A stretch of 63,950 nt of DNA, filler included, from Octopus bimaculoides (lineage: Eukaryota): NCBI RefSeq assembly GCF_001194135.2. It is 6 parts of 6 records of this genome, joined end to end, with 100 filler letters (N's around TTAATTAATTAA, not from the genome) between each part and the next. Parts side by side here need not be neighbours in the genome. Positions count along the whole stretch, not along the records: positions 33,604 to 40,641 come from NC_068983.1; positions 40,742 to 60,791 come from NC_068988.1; 4 more parts are not named here. One strand, 5' to 3'. Of the stretch, positions 40,403 through 53,599 are shown piece after piece. Numbering within the stretch: the stretch's first letter is position 1; each line of letters starts with the position of its first letter. The notes under the pieces are model-generated. The model did not search any database and was not told where the DNA came from. It saw nothing but the letters and a program-made list of their open reading frames with translations. Position numbers and translations under genes: made by a program.

Positions 40403-40641
40403 TATATGTATATCATCATCATCATCATCGTTTAACGTCCGCTTTCCATGCTAGCATGGGTTGGACGATTTGACTGAGGACTGGCGAAACCGGATGGCAA
40501 CACCAGGCTCCAGTCTGATTTGGCAGAGTTTCTACAGCTGGATGCCCTTCCTAACGCCAACCACTCAGAGAGTGTAGTGGGTGCTTTTACGTGTCACCCG
40601 CACGAAAACGGCCATGCTCGAAATGGTGTCTTTTATGTGCC
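40403..40641 (-). mobile_element. RTE-tail SINE/LINE 3' end
   Basis: catcatc-gtttaacgtccgctttccatgctagcatgggttgg is the reverse complement of the 3' module at 35.6 and 36.3 kb. Confidence 0.8.
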
Positions 40642-40864
40642 NNNNNNNNNNNNNNNNNNNNNNNNNNNNNNNNNNNNNNNNNNNNTTAATTAATTAANNN
40701 NNNNNNNNNNNNNNNNNNNNNNNNNNNNNNNNNNNNNNNNNCTGGTGGTGGTGATGGTGGTGGTGGCGGTGGTTGTTGTTGTAGTAGTAGTAGTAATGGT
40801 TGGTGGTGGTACTAATGGTGATGATGGTACTGGTGCTGGTGGCAGTATTAGTAGCAGCAGCAGC

Positions 40865-40895
<31 letters not shown>

Positions 40896-41423
40896 ATGGA
40901 GGTGGTTAGTAGTGGTAATGGTGGTAACGGTAAAAATTTAACATCAATTTTGTGATTCGTGAAAAGACTATCTTTTTGTTGTTGTTGTTTTTGATGTTTC
41001 TTGAAGTCTGTCCCTGCACCGCCTAAGAATAAGCAAAGTACATTCAGTAAGCTTCTACGCAGTCTCCATCTATCCATTTTCACTCATAGAGCACGTATCG
41101 AGCTGAAGCTATGACAGAAGACAATTATCAAAGGTGCCACGCTGTGAAATCGAACTCTGAACCCCAAGATTGCTAAGCAAACGTCTTAACGACGCTCCCA
41201 TAATTATATTCCAGCTTTTCTTAGTGAGTTAGAGCCGAAGTAAGAATTCTTAGCGGTATTTCGTCCGTCTTTACGTTCTGAGTTCGAATTCCGCCGCGGT
41301 CGACTTTGCCTTTCATCCTTAAGTACCAGTTGCATAGTGAGGTCGATCTAATCGACATCCCCCCACAAATAAAAGTGCAGGCCTTATGCCTGTAGTAGAA
41401 AGGCTTATTATTATTATTATTAT

Positions 41424-42815
41424 TGATGGTGTCGAGCCACAGGCATATTGACCTGATTGGCGAGACACTAAACGAGTATGAAGCGGTGACAGGTGCGAAA
41501 ATTAACGCGGAAAAGTCAGTGGGCTTGCAACTAGGCACCTGGAGGGGCAAGTCCATGCCGTCCAGCAGCGTCGTAGGGTGCTGGACAGACGGACCCGTTA
41601 AACTGCTCGGGGTCTGGTTCGATCCGGACCTNNNNNNNNNNNNNNNNNNNNNNNNNNNNNNNNNNNNNNNNNNNNNNNNNNNNNNNNNNNNNNNNNNNNN
41701 NNNNNNNNNNNNNNNNNNNNNNNNNNNNNNNNNNNNNNNNNNNNNNNNNNNNNNNNNNNNNNNNNNNNNNNNNNNNNNNNNNNNNNNNNNNNNNNNNNNN
41801 NNNNNNNNNNNNNNNNNNNNNNNNNNNNNNNNNNNNNNNNNNNNNNNNNNNNNNNNNNNNNNNNNNNNNNNNNNNNNNNNNNNNNNNNNNNNNNNNNNNN
41901 NNNNNNNNNNNNNNNNNNNNNNNNNNNNNNNNNNNNNNNNNNNNNNNNNNNNNNNNNNNNNNNNNNNNNNNNNNNNNNNNNNNNNNNNNNNNNNNNNNNN
42001 NNNNNNNNNNNNNNNNNNNNNNNNNNNNNNNNNNNNNNNNNNNNNNNNNNNNNNNNNNNNNNNNNNNNNNNNNNNNNNNNNNNNNNNNNNNNNNNNNNNN
42101 NNNNNNNNNNNNNNNNNNNNNNNNNNNNNNNNNNNNNNNNNNNNNNNNNNNNNNNNNNNNNNNNNNNNNNNNNNNNNNNNNNNNNNNNNNNNNNNNNNNN
42201 NNNNNNNNNNNNNNNNNNNNNNNNNNNNNNNNNNNNNNNNNNNNNNNNNNNNNNNNNNNNNNNNNNNNNNNNNNNNNNNNNNNNNNNNNNNNNNNNNNNN
42301 NNNNNNNNNNNNNNNNNNNNNNNNNNNNNNNNNNNNNNNNNNNNNNNNNNNNNNNNNNNNNNNNNNNNNNNNNNNNNNNNNNNNNNNNNNNNNNNNNNNN
42401 NNNNNNNNNNNNNNNNNNNNNNNNNNNNNNNNNNNNNNNNNNNNNNTGGAAGAATGGCCAGTATAAACGGACCAATTCTGAGAATACACCTGTAGAAAAA
42501 AAAAAAGAAAGGTAATATAAAAGGAGAAAGGGCTCTATACCCCTTTCTTATTTTTCTGACCAGGCTCCCGTGGTTTTATGGGTTTTTCCACGTGTAACCT
42601 TTCCTTTTTCGAAGCGCCTCCCCCTTTGGGAGTTCTACTTATTTATTTATTTATTTATTTATCTATTTATTTATTATATCTCTCTCCGTTTTCTTCCTCT
42701 GTTTAGACGAACTTTCCTACCTTTTCGGACAAAACCTTTTGTAACCTTCGTCCTGTCTTTGTCCTTACATGTTTTTAATTGATATTAGCACTTGTGGCCA
42801 ATAAAACGAATCAAT
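41424..42815 (+). mobile_element. 5'-truncated Tx1/L1-clade LINE (internal gap)
   Basis: RT-region peptide YEAVTGAKINAEKSVGLQLGTW..VKLLGVWF; C-terminus RMASINGPILRIHL* is homologous to the copy at 1-510. UTR has AATAAA; flanked by (ATT)n on both sides. Confidence 0.8.
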
Positions 42816-43149
42816 TATTATTATTATTAGGTTTTTCTTCATCTTTCAATTTTGTTTCCAATTCTTGTCTAGCAGAATCGTTAGCACGCCGGACAAACTG
42901 CTTAGCGGTATTTCGTCCGTTTTCACGCTAGGAGTTCAACTTTTTACCGAGATCGACCTTCAATCTTTCGGTTTCGATGAAATAATCAACAGTTGAGCAC
43001 TAGGGTCGATATAATCGATTGGCCCCTTCCCCACAAAAATTCAGTCCTTGTGTCTATAGCAAAAAGGATATTTAGTCCTGTCTTTTTACTTTTCTGAGTT
43101 CAAATCATGCTAGGATTTCTTCGCAAATAAAACTCGTGCTTTCTTCTCT

Positions 43150-43490
43150 GAGCCGTCCTTTATATATACAGGTTCTCCGTCGGTTACGACGACGAGCGTT
43201 CCAGTTGATCCAATCAACGGAACTGTCTGGTCATGAAATTAACGCGCAAGTGGCTGAGCACTCCACAGACACGTGTACCCTTCATGTAATTCTCAGGGAG
43301 ATTCAGCGTGACACAAGGTGTGACAAGGCTGCCCCCTTTGAATTACAGGTACTACTCATTTTTTGCTAGCTGAGCGAACTGGAGCAACGTGAAGTAACGT
43401 GTCTTGCTCAAGGACAAAACACGCCACCTAGAATCGAACTGATAGCCTTAAGATCACGAGCCAAATACCCTAAACACTACGCCACGCGCC
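43150..43490 (-). mobile_element. SINE with family D head/CORE and tail type 1
   Basis: CORE segment joined to the cagccttgtcacac..gtacacgtgtctgtggagtgctcagcc tail; same architecture at 54420-54710(+). Confidence 0.8.
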
Positions 43491-43839
43491 TTCCACTTTC
43501 TTTCGCATATGTAACAAATGTAACTCACCAGGAAGAAAAACAGGTTTGGTTTTACTTTATTTTACTTTATTTTGCTTTATTTCATTTTTATCCTGAAGAA
43601 TTTGAGGGAGACATTGCGAATGAGATGTGTCAGTGTTTGTAACCAGTCAAACTAGTTGAAACGAGTAGAAGGCAGTATTTAAGCATTTAGTATTTGAAAA
43701 CCAGACAAGGGTGTATGGCGATAAAAGAAAAAAAGGAGACACGCCAGCACTACTGTTGCTACGAATTATTGTAACAACATGGCTGTTACAGAATTGGTGA
43801 TCGTTGTTGTTTAGCCCAGGGTCAGTTCTGATCGACCAG

Positions 43840-44220
43840 TGGAGGCGCAATGACCCAGTGGTTAGGGTAGCGGACTCGCGATCATAGGATCGCAGTTTCG
43901 ATTCCCAGACCGGGCGTTGTGAGTGTTTATTGAGTGAAAACACCTAAAGCTCCACGAGGCTCTGGCAGGGGATGGTGGTGAACCCTGCTGTACTCTTTCA
44001 CCATAATTTTCTCTCACTCTTACTTCCTGTTTTTGTTGTGCCTGTAATTTAAAGGGTCAGCCTTGTCACACTGTGTCACGCTGAATATCCCCGAGAACTA
44101 CGTTAAGGGTACACGTGTCTGTGGAATGCTCAGCCACTTGCACGTTAATTTCACGAGCAGGCTGTTTCGTTGATCGGATCAACTGGAACCCTCGACGTCG
44201 TAAGCGACGGAGTGCCAACA
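43840..44220 (+). mobile_element. SINE family C, full length (tail type 1)
   Basis: gtggaggcgcaatgacccagtggttaggg head, aaagctccacgaggct body, ...gtcgtaagcgacggagtgccaac tail. Copies at 5256-5570(+), 53154-53446(+) and 57710-57890(-). Confidence 0.9.
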
Positions 44221-44404
44221 GTTCTGACCGACCACCCATGTAATTAAAGATCTTACATTCATGATCATCTTGCCTTTATTTTTATTACTTCCATATACAT
44301 GTACATAATATATCTAGGGTCGTTTTATCTCATGCTTTATTTTCTTTTTTTTTCCAAGAGAGAAGTATATGATTTGAGGAAGGGCGAGGTACTATTTCTA
44401 ACAA

Positions 44405-44660
44405 TGTGGAGGCGCGTCGCTTTGTGGTTAGGGTGTTGGAATCGTGGTCGTAAGATTGTGGTTTCGATTCCTGGAACGGACGGCGCGTTGTGTTCTTTGA
44501 ACAAAACACTTCATTTCACGTTGCTCCAGTCCACACAGCTGGCAAAAATACGTAATCTCACGACGGACGGGCGTCCCATCCAGGGGTGAATATATACGCC
44601 ACAGAAACCACGAAACCGGAAAACCGATCCTATGACTCTATATGACTGGGAAAGGATTTT
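44405..44660 (+). mobile_element. SINE with family D head/CORE and tail type 2
   Basis: CORE segment joined to gacgggcgtcccatccagggg..gccacagaaacc. Confidence 0.75.
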
Positions 44661-45571
44661 TATCCTTTATACTGTCCTGTCTCTAACACGTTAAGTAGCC
44701 ACGAGGTGGCTGTCTCTTACTTGTCTAGTATAGCAGCAGGTGCTGCTGCTGCTGCTCTTGTTAAGTCACAAGTTCCCTCCACAACCTCAAAGGGACAATA
44801 TCCCTTCCGCCAACAAGTTAAAAAACAATATGGCAAGTTACCTCAATCTGTCCTCTGAATCCGAAATGATACAACGATCGTTTGTTGTTTCCTGTCGTCA
44901 GGACTTAAATACTCTTACAGAACTGAACCTAACTCCTACCTTTAATCTAACACAGTGGTCCTCGACCATTTTTTTTTTACCTATGCACCCCTTTCACTAC
45001 AATGTTATTCTGGTACACCCTCATAGCCATTCGATGTTTAAAAACAAGTTTTACAGATATTTTTTTCAAAATACCTATTTCGTTTTTCACACATTAACTT
45101 GTGTAGGTTGAACTATGTAAAATGTTAGAGAAAGAAACCCAGCTGTTCCTTGCGATAAACACATCTAAAGCAAATTTTTTTTTTCATGGATCCGTGTGGT
45201 AAGAAGCTTGCCTCCCAACCACATGGTTCCGGGTTCAGTCCCACTGCGTGGCACCTTGGGCAAGTGTCTTCTACTATAGCCTCGGGCTGACCAAAGCCCT
45301 GTTAATGGATTTGGTATATGGAAACTGAAAGAAGCCTGTCGTATATATATTCTTTTCTACTCTAGGTACAATGTTTTGTGGGGAGGGTCCAGTCGATTAG
45401 ATCGACCCCAGTACGCAACTGGTACTTAATTTATCCACCCCGAAAGGAGGAAAGGTAAAGTCGACCTCGGGAGAATTTGAACTCAGAACATAAAGACAGA
45501 AGAAATACCGCTAAGCATTTCGCCCGGCGTGCTAACCATTCTACCAGCTCACCAGCTTGCCGTCGAATATA

Positions 45572-45900
45572 CATGGCGCATGGCTCAGTGATTAGAGCGT
45601 CGAGCTTACGATCGTGAGTTCGATTCCCGGACCGGGCTGCGTGTTGTGTTCTTGTGCAAGGTACTTTATTTCCCGTTGCTCCAGTTCACTCAGCTGTAGA
45701 AATGAGTTGCGACGTCAGAGGTGCCAAGCTGTATCGGCCCCTTTGCCTTTCCCTTGGATAACACTGGTGGCGTGGAGAAGGGAGGCTGGTATGCATGGGC
45801 GACTGCTGGTCTTCCATAGACAACCTTGCCCGGACTTGTGCCTCGGAGGATAACTTTCAAGGTGCAATCCCATGGGTCATTCATGTCCGAAGGGGTCACA
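45572..45900 (+). mobile_element. CORE-type SINE family D, full length
   Basis: tRNA head plus gtgttgtgttcttg.gcaag.actttatttc.cgttgctccagttcactcagctgtagaaatgag (CORE-like). Copies at 3630-3810(-), 9805-10133(-), 30700-30840, 33625-33780(-), 33935-34110 and 60260-60480. Confidence 0.85.
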
Positions 45901-47129
45901 AATATATGTGTGAGTGTGTGTTTGTCCCCCCACCCCCACTAACGCTTGACAACCGATGCTTGTGTGTTTTTGTGTGTTTATGTCCCCGTAACTTAGTGGT
46001 TCGGCAAATCAGACTGATATAATAAGTACGAGGCTTACAAAGAATAATTCCCGGGGTGTATTTCTTCGACTAACACCATTTAAGGTGGAGCTCCAGCATG
46101 GCCGTAGTCAAATGACTGAAACAAGTAAAAGAATAAAAGAAAAATACTACTGTGTCCCCAATTTACTATTTTGCTAACGTGGACCTCACAAAGGATCATA
46201 TGCGCCCCCCCCCACGGGTCATATGAACCCCTGCTGGGACCCCTGACCTAACGCATTATTGCTATGTAATATATTCTGAGAGCTCTAGGCTGTAGGTCAA
46301 ACACCTCTTAGTCCTTCGTTTCCTTTATGGTGTATAATAAAAGTAAATAGTTTTGTGGCTTTACGGTAATACTCCGCTATTGCCCAGTGATGCGGGACGA
46401 TCTTGCGGGCAGTGAACCGAGAGGCAACATCTAATCCAATCAAACAACTATGTACAAAATCAATAGCCTTTCATCTTCTGAACATAATCGATTTCGTCTC
46501 TTCATCTTGATTTCTTTAGCATTTAACTTAACCGCTGTATAATCATGATCATCGTCATCATCATCATCGCCATTATCATCATCGTCATCATCATCATCAT
46601 CATCGCCATTATCATCATCGTCATCATCATCATCATCATCATCTTTATCATCTCCGTCATCATCAATGAATGTCTAATCATTTTCCATATATATACACAC
46701 ACACACGCACACATACATACATATATACATATATATATACATACATATATAGATAGATGCATACATACANNNNNNNNNNNNNNNNNNNNNNNNNNNNNNN
46801 NNNNNNNNNNNNNNNNNNNNNNNNNNNNNNNNNNNNNNNNNNNNNNNNNNNNNNNNNNNNNNNNNNNNNNNNNNNNNNNNNNNNNNNNNNNNNNNNNNNN
46901 NNNNNNNNNNNNNNNNNNNNNNNNNNNNNNNNNNNNNNNNNNNNNNNNNNNNNNNNNNNNNNNNNNNNNNNNNNNNNNNNNNNNNNNNNNNNNNNNNNNN
47001 NNNNNNNNNNNNNNNNNNNNNNNNNNNNNNNNNNNNNNNNNNNNNNNNNNNNNNNNNNNNNNNNNNNNNNNNNNNNNNNNNNNNNNNNNNNNNNNNNNNN
47101 NNNNNNNNNNNNNNNNNNNNNNNNNNNNN

Positions 47130-47169
<40 letters not shown>

Positions 47170-48386
47170 GCGACTCCAGGTCGTCAGCGTCACTCGGGCT
47201 CATCATAGATTTCACATAAGACACATGCCTGCTCGAAGAATTTCACGTTTTTTCGCTTTATTTCTAGTCCTAAATGGCTTATTTTTTTATATCTAGCTCT
47301 ATGGCTTTCTTCATTTCTAAGATAAGGGTAAAAATAAAGCGACCCTGCAAGGCACAACTGATCTTTTATACACAGACGCACAGAATAACAGCAATAAAAT
47401 GACGACAGCGGAGTCCACAACAAACATCAGCGATCTAACTGTCGTCTGTACTCTTCAATTAAAATAATATTAGGTATTTCAGTCATTTTTTTCTTTTTTT
47501 CGCATAATTATTTAATCTTTTCATATTTCCTCCCCCTCTCCCTCTCTCCTTCTCTCTCTCTCTCTTTCTCTCTCTCACTTTCTCTCTCTTTCTCTTCCCT
47601 TCCCTCCAGCAACCGTTGATTTGTAATAGGTTTATTGGATCGTTAAGGACATCAATTTCACCAGTCTTTGAAGGTCTGCGAATGCCATGACTTGTTTTCC
47701 GAATTCTCTCGAGACACATATTTATTCATTTATTTGTATATTTTTGCGAAATTTTGAGCGAAGCGTTAATGGTAACAACGCTGGTCTCGCAAGGCAGCGA
47801 CGGCCATGAACACAACTCGTTCTTGCAGAGCAAACCAAACTAATAAAAGAATTAGTTTCATCAAAATAAATTAATAGAAATTAAATGTTGACATTAACTT
47901 AACTACAATTTAATAGTTCAATAGTAATGGCGTATACTTCATTCCACCTTTATCGCTATTTACTTATTTTTCTCACAGCATACAAGACTCATCTCTCGTA
48001 CTTTATTGTTTCTCTAACGGAGATAAGATTTTTCCGAATTATGCATACTAGGTCTAAGAAATTAATTATTTTAATATCGAAAAATTGCTTCACCTTTTGT
48101 GTAACAGGTGCTAACAATTACTATTAGACTTTTGTTTTCTTACCCCCGAATAAAACGGAAATCTCAACTGAGGTATTTCTTATTTACGCTTTTCAATACA
48201 TCACTCCTTATCTTATTTATGCTATATCATTCTATTAGCCCATTTGAGTTATTTCTCTTACCCCTATTTAAAATTTACTTATCGTTTTTTTATTATCCCA
48301 TATCTGTTGTTTCTTTACAGTCACATTTTTCTTTCTGTTTCAGTGCGCATCTCATACACAACCTTTTCCATTTTAATATCTAGATT

Positions 48387-48748
48387 CCATCTTTCCCGCC
48401 CTTCTTTCATCTCTGTAGATGCCTCTTTTTCTTCACATTGCTCAGCACCGTTCTCTATGTTGTTGTTGTTGTTGTTGTCGTTGTTGTTGCTACTGCTGCT
48501 GTTTTCTTTCTGCACCTTCCATAATTTTGTAATTTCTTTACCATTTCATCACTTCATCACTTTTCTCTTTCAGTATCACTATGCCATCTTTACCGCCTTT
48601 CTTTCATCTTTTTAGATGCCTCTTTTGTCTTCACATTCTTCAGTACCGTTCTCTATGTTGTTGTTACTGTTACTTCTGCCGCATTCTTTCTGCACCTTCC
48701 ATTACTCTGCAATTTCTTTACCACTTCATCACTTTTCTCTCTTTAATA
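48387..48748. repeat. Degenerate local tandem duplication (~197-bp and ~165-bp units)
   Basis: Both units begin ccatcttt..cgcc..tctttcatct..tagatgcctctttt and end ttctttacca..catcacttttctcttt. Confidence 0.85.
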
Positions 48749-49199
48749 TTAACGTCTAATGCATCATTCCTCTTTGTAACATCCCTCTTCTCTCCGTCCC
48801 ACTTCTCTTTGAGTCTTCTCACACCGCATTCATTCTCTCCCATTACTCTCTCCTTCTTCCTCTTCTCTCCCCTTCTCTCTCTCTCTCTCTCTCTCTCTTT
48901 CACACACACACATACACACGAACACACTATTTTCTTTTCTTCTCAGTCAATCAATGTCATATAGTCTATATTAAATAGGATTTGTTTTTCTGACTTCGAT
49001 ATATTATTTTCTTGTCATAGACATTACATCACTGCTACAGGCCACAGTGATTTAGACGGTTGTACAATCTCAAGCGACTTTAATTAGACAAAAATAATAA
49101 TGATGCTAAAGATGACGACAACGACGATGATGATAATAATAATAATAATTATTATTATTATTATAATATTAATAATGATAATGATAATAATAATAATCC

Positions 49200-49940
49200 T
49201 TTCTACTATAGGTACAAGGGGCCTGAAATACTGTGAGAAGGGAACAGTCGATCACATCGACCCCAGTACGCAACTGGTACTTAATTTATCGAAGATGAAA
49301 GGCAACATCGACCTCGGCGGAATTTGAACTCAGAACGTAGCAGAAAACGAAATACCGCTAAGCGTTTCGCCCGGCGTGCTAACGATTCTGCCAGCTCGCC
49401 GCCTTGATGATGATGATGATGATAATAATAATAATAATAATAATGATAATAATAATAATAATAATGACGATGATGATGTGCCAATTATTATTGGGTCCTT
49501 GGGAACAGTATCAGAAGGCATCATGAGGAATATAAATGAAATTGGAATAAAGTGCCCAGTAGAACTGTCACAAAAGGTTTGCCTCCTTGGCACGGCCAGA
49601 ATAATCAGGGAAGTATTAGATAGCTGGAAAGAATGGATAGCATGGTAACGTAGGCTGCAGGTAGTAAGCCCGCTGCGCATGCAAGGACTCCAAGACCTCC
49701 ATCAAAACCTGAGCTAAAAATAATAATGAGAAGAAGAAGAAGAAGAAGAAGAACGCTTTGTACTAAAGGCACAAGACCTGAAGTTTGGGGGAGGGGACTA
49801 GTCGATTAGATCGGCCCAAGTGATTCACTGGTACTTAATTAATCAACCCCGAAAGGATGAAAGGCAAAGTCGACCTCGGCGGAATTTAAACTCAGAACGT
49901 AGCGAAGGGCGAAATATCACTAAGCATTTCGTCCGGCGTG

Positions 49941-49945
<5 letters not shown>
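49200..49945 (-). mobile_element. Two SINE family B copies (49200-49405 and 49765-49945)
   Basis: Reverse complement of ggcggcgagctggcagaatcgttagcacgccgggcg...; same core. Other copies at 3830-3970, 31430-31700, 32500-32690, 41225-41400, 42870-43070 and 45350-45560. Confidence 0.85.
49480..49725 (+). mobile_element. R4/Dong-clade (RLE) LINE 3' end
   Basis: VPIIIGSLGTV...LSQKVCLLGTARIIREVL, then a short UTR; flanked by (TAA)n/(GAT)n arrays. Confidence 0.75.
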
Positions 49946-49990
<45 letters not shown>

Positions 49991-50541
49991 CATACATGAG
50001 TGAGTATGAGTGTGTGTGTGTACATACATACATATATACGCACACTCACACATAGGTTGTAATTCTATATATCTTGGTCACAAAAACTAAAATCGTAGAA
50101 GAAAAGATGAAGACAGATTTTTATCATGTCCACCAATGTAACACATAAACACACACTCACGTCTGTGTGTGTGTATGTATGTCTTTGTATGTATCTATAT
50201 GTATGTATGCGTGTGTGTGTGTATTATGTGTATGGTTGCTCCGTCTAGTGTCATGTCTTCATATAAAACAAAATGAGATGTTATGCAATTCTGTCCAGTC
50301 GTATGAATTTCAAACCTAGACATGTTCGTTTGTAATTTTGTTTGCTTTTTTTTTTGTTTTTTTGTTTTTTTTTTGCTTTTTTTAGTGCTTGTACTTGCTG
50401 CTGTTTTGATTGTCGCTATAATCAAACATAAAAAAAAGTTGGCAGCATTATTGCTGCAGACAGTGAACAAGTGTAATTAATAATGATAATAATAATCATG
50501 ATGATGATGATGATGATAATGATAATAATAATCATGATGAT

Positions 50542-50581
<40 letters not shown>

Positions 50582-50582
<1 letters not shown>

Positions 50583-51225
50583 GACAAATACGAACAAGAA
50601 GTCATACTTCCCAACAACTATGACGAAAATGAAGAAACAACAAAAGCTGTAAAACAAATGAAAGCCAAACTAAAACTAGAACAGCAACGGACCATGATAA
50701 AACGATGGCAAGAAAAGCCCCTACATGGTAAATTCTGGGCTAAACTAAATGCAAAAGAAATAGACAGAGAAAAATCCCAGCAATGGTTGAGAAGCTCAGG
50801 ACTCAAAGCAGAGACTGAAGGATTTTTAATTGCTGCACAAGACCAAAGCCTCCCCATCAGAAATTACCAAAAACATATAATGAAAAGAAATATAACAAGT
50901 AACGGCGGAATATGTGGAGATGGACAAGAAACAATAAATCATATTATCTCTGGCTGCCCAGTCCTGGCTAAGAAGGAATATATTCACAGACACAACAGAG
51001 TTGGGACCTACATACACTGGAAGCTATAACAACAGAAAAAGATGGCATAGGCACATGCCAGAAAAGGCCACAGAAAACGAGAAAGCAAGCATACTATGGG
51101 ATATGCCAATACACAAAGAAGAAAAATTAAGGCCAATAGGCCAGATATAGTTGTCTGAGATCATGAAGAAAAAATACTTTCTAGTTGATGTTTCAATACC
51201 AACAGATGACAACGTTTCTCTAAAA
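50582..51225 (+). mobile_element. R4/Dong-clade LINE fragment (zinc knuckle plus restriction-like endonuclease region)
   Basis: WQEKPLHGKF, LKAETEGFLIAAQDQSL, CG..QETINHIISGC, RHNRV..IHWKL, ILWDMP, RPDI and LVDVSIPTDDNV; begins right after (AAT)n. Confidence 0.85.
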
Positions 51226-51455
51226 CAACCTTTATTCAGGGACCTTTTTCAGCGGGATGGGCTTTTCAACCTGAAGAAAATTCTAACTGGACCCCCACCT
51301 GCAAGGTCATGAGCTGTTTATCTTGATATGAGATCACCATGTCGCACACATGTGGTTGTGATGCATGTGACTGGTAGTCATGGTGGGTATATTGGGCTTC
51401 GTATATTTGTACCCCAGTGTCGCTTTGATGGCATGCACTGCTCTCTCACTCAATA
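51222..51455 (+). mobile_element. 3' half of the (AAT)n-tailed repeat, fused to the R4 fragment
   Basis: Reverse-complement match to 2345-2600; ends ctctcactc-(aat)n. Confidence 0.75.
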
Positions 51456-51797
51456 ATAATAATTATTATAATAATATGCTCATATTCTAAGAAAAATATT
51501 GTCTATGTAATCCTGAAAACATTTTAATCTGTAAACAGTGTCAAAATACTTTTAAATGTACATAATGGCAAACATCTTTCGCTTTCATTTTAACATCACA
51601 CTAACATCTTGTAATCAAATTACTTTTAAAACTGCTACTTTTCTTATGTTTTCACACACATTCTCTAGAACAATACTTTGTGCAAAACCAAAAACATGGC
51701 ACCCTATTGGAGTCAACTTCTACAAATACAAAGCAAAAGCCAAACATATAATAATAATAACAACAACAGCAACAACAACAACCACAACAACAACAAC

Positions 51798-51839
<42 letters not shown>

Positions 51840-51969
51840 TAATAATAATGTTTTTATTTGCCACAGGGTCCAGTTCATACGTACAAAGCGTGCGTTACAA
51901 AAGGGTGCTTAATGCATGATGCGATACACAAATATGTAAGTTAAATAATTTATCGCAGTAATAATGATT

Positions 51970-52433
51970 TCAAATTTTGAAACAAGGTCAGCAGTTGTTC
52001 AGGGGTGGTGAAAGTTGATTACATCGACCCCAGTTATCAACTGGTACTACTTATTCTATCGACTCCGAAACGGTAAAAGACAAAGTCGACCACGGTGGAA
52101 TTTGAACTCAGAATGTAACAACGGACAAAATGCCTCAGCGCGTTATTTGCTGTTCCCAAAGGTATTATCTTTTGCAATGTCGTAATACTGGAACAGATTC
52201 CAGTTGTGCCAAAGTGTTTCAGAAGGCTCTTTATCATTGACCCAAGGGCTCCAATCACAATTGGTTCGACTCTTGCTTGACAAAATGCTTAGCGGTATTT
52301 GGTCTGTCTTTATGTTCGGAGTTCAAATTCCGCCGAAGTCTACTTAGCCTTTCATCCTTTCGGGGCCGATAAAATAAGTACCAGTTGAACACCTCTCCCC
52401 CAAAATTGCTGCCATTGTGGAAAAATTTGAATC

Positions 52434-52472
<39 letters not shown>

Positions 52473-52709
52473 CATTATTATTAGGGTGGTGAGCTGGCAG
52501 AATCGTTAGCACGCCGGGCGAAATGCTTAGCGGCATTTCGTCTGCCGTTACGTTCTGAGCTCAAATTCAGCCGAGGTCGACTTTGCCTTTCATCCTTTCA
52601 AGGTCGATAAATTAAGTACCAGTTACACACTGGGGTCGATATAATCGACTTATCCCCTCCCACAAGCCACCGTTGTGGCAAAAATTTAAAATTATTATCA
52701 TTATTATTA

Positions 52710-52754
<45 letters not shown>

Positions 52755-52840
52755 GGGCGGTGAGCTGGCAGAATCGTTAGCACGTCGGTCAAAATTCTTA
52801 GTGGTATTTCGTCCGTCTTCACGTTCTGAGCTCAGAACCC
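51970..52840. mobile_element. Cluster of four SINE family B copies separated by (ATT)n
   Basis: ~51970-52130(-), 52270-52430(+), 52485-52690(+) and 52755-52840(+). Confidence 0.85.
52160..52262 (-). mobile_element. R4/Dong-clade 3' fragment
   Basis: IGALGSMIK...LQKIIPLGTA is homologous to 49480-49725. Confidence 0.55.
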
Positions 52841-53599
52841 NNNNNNNNNNNNNNNNNNNNNNNNNNNNNNNNNNNNNNNNNNNNNNNNNNNNNNNNNNNN
52901 NNNNNNNNNNNNNNNNNNNNNNNNNNNNNNNNNNNNNNNNNNNNNNNNNNNNNNNNNNNNNNNNNNNNNNNNNNNNNNNNNNNNNNNNNNNNNNNNNNNN
53001 NNNNNNNNNNNNNNNNNNNNNNNNNNNNNNNNNNNNNNNNNNNNNNNNNNNNNNNNNNNNNNNNNNNNNNNNNNNNNNNNNNNNNNNNNNNNNNNNNNNN
53101 NNNNNNNNNNNNNNNNNNNNNNNNNNNNNNNNNNNNNNNNNNNNNNNNNNNNNTATTGAGCGAAAACACCTAAAAGCTCCACGAGGCTCCGGCAGGGGAT
53201 GGTGGCGAACCCTGCTGTACTCTTCCACTACAACTTTCTCTCACTCTTACTTCCTGTTTCTGTTGTGCCTGTATTTCAAAGGTTCAGCCTTATCACACTG
53301 TGTCACGCTGAATATCCCCGAGAACTACGTTAAGGGTACACGTGTCTGTGGAGTGCTCAGCCACTTGCATGTTAATTTCACGAGCAGGCTGTTCCGTTGA
53401 TCGGATCAACTGGAACCCTCGACGTCATAAGCGACGGAGTGCCAAAAGCCCAATCCCCACAAAATTTCCGTCCTTGTGCCTACAATAGAAATTGTTGTTG
53501 CTGTTGTTGTTGATGTTCTTGTTCTTCGTTCTCGTTATTTGCGTGTTATAAAAACATAAAGATGTTCAGGGATCCATCAGGCCACCTCATAACGATGTC

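Noticed and set aside
43840-43915. tRNA-like sequences with A and B boxes at many SINE heads
   Set aside because: They continue into SINE bodies, and I could not fold a complete cloverleaf; not called as tRNA genes.
47190-47470. Signal-peptide-like MPARRISRFFALFLVL and a minus-strand acceptor with peptide NEESHRARYKK
   Set aside because: In-frame stops at 47294 and 47318, no usable donor and no linkage to other exons.
52270-52840. Repeat-spacer-like array (possible CRISPR)
   Set aside because: The units are ~200-bp SINE copies separated by (ATT)n in a eukaryotic context, with no cas genes.
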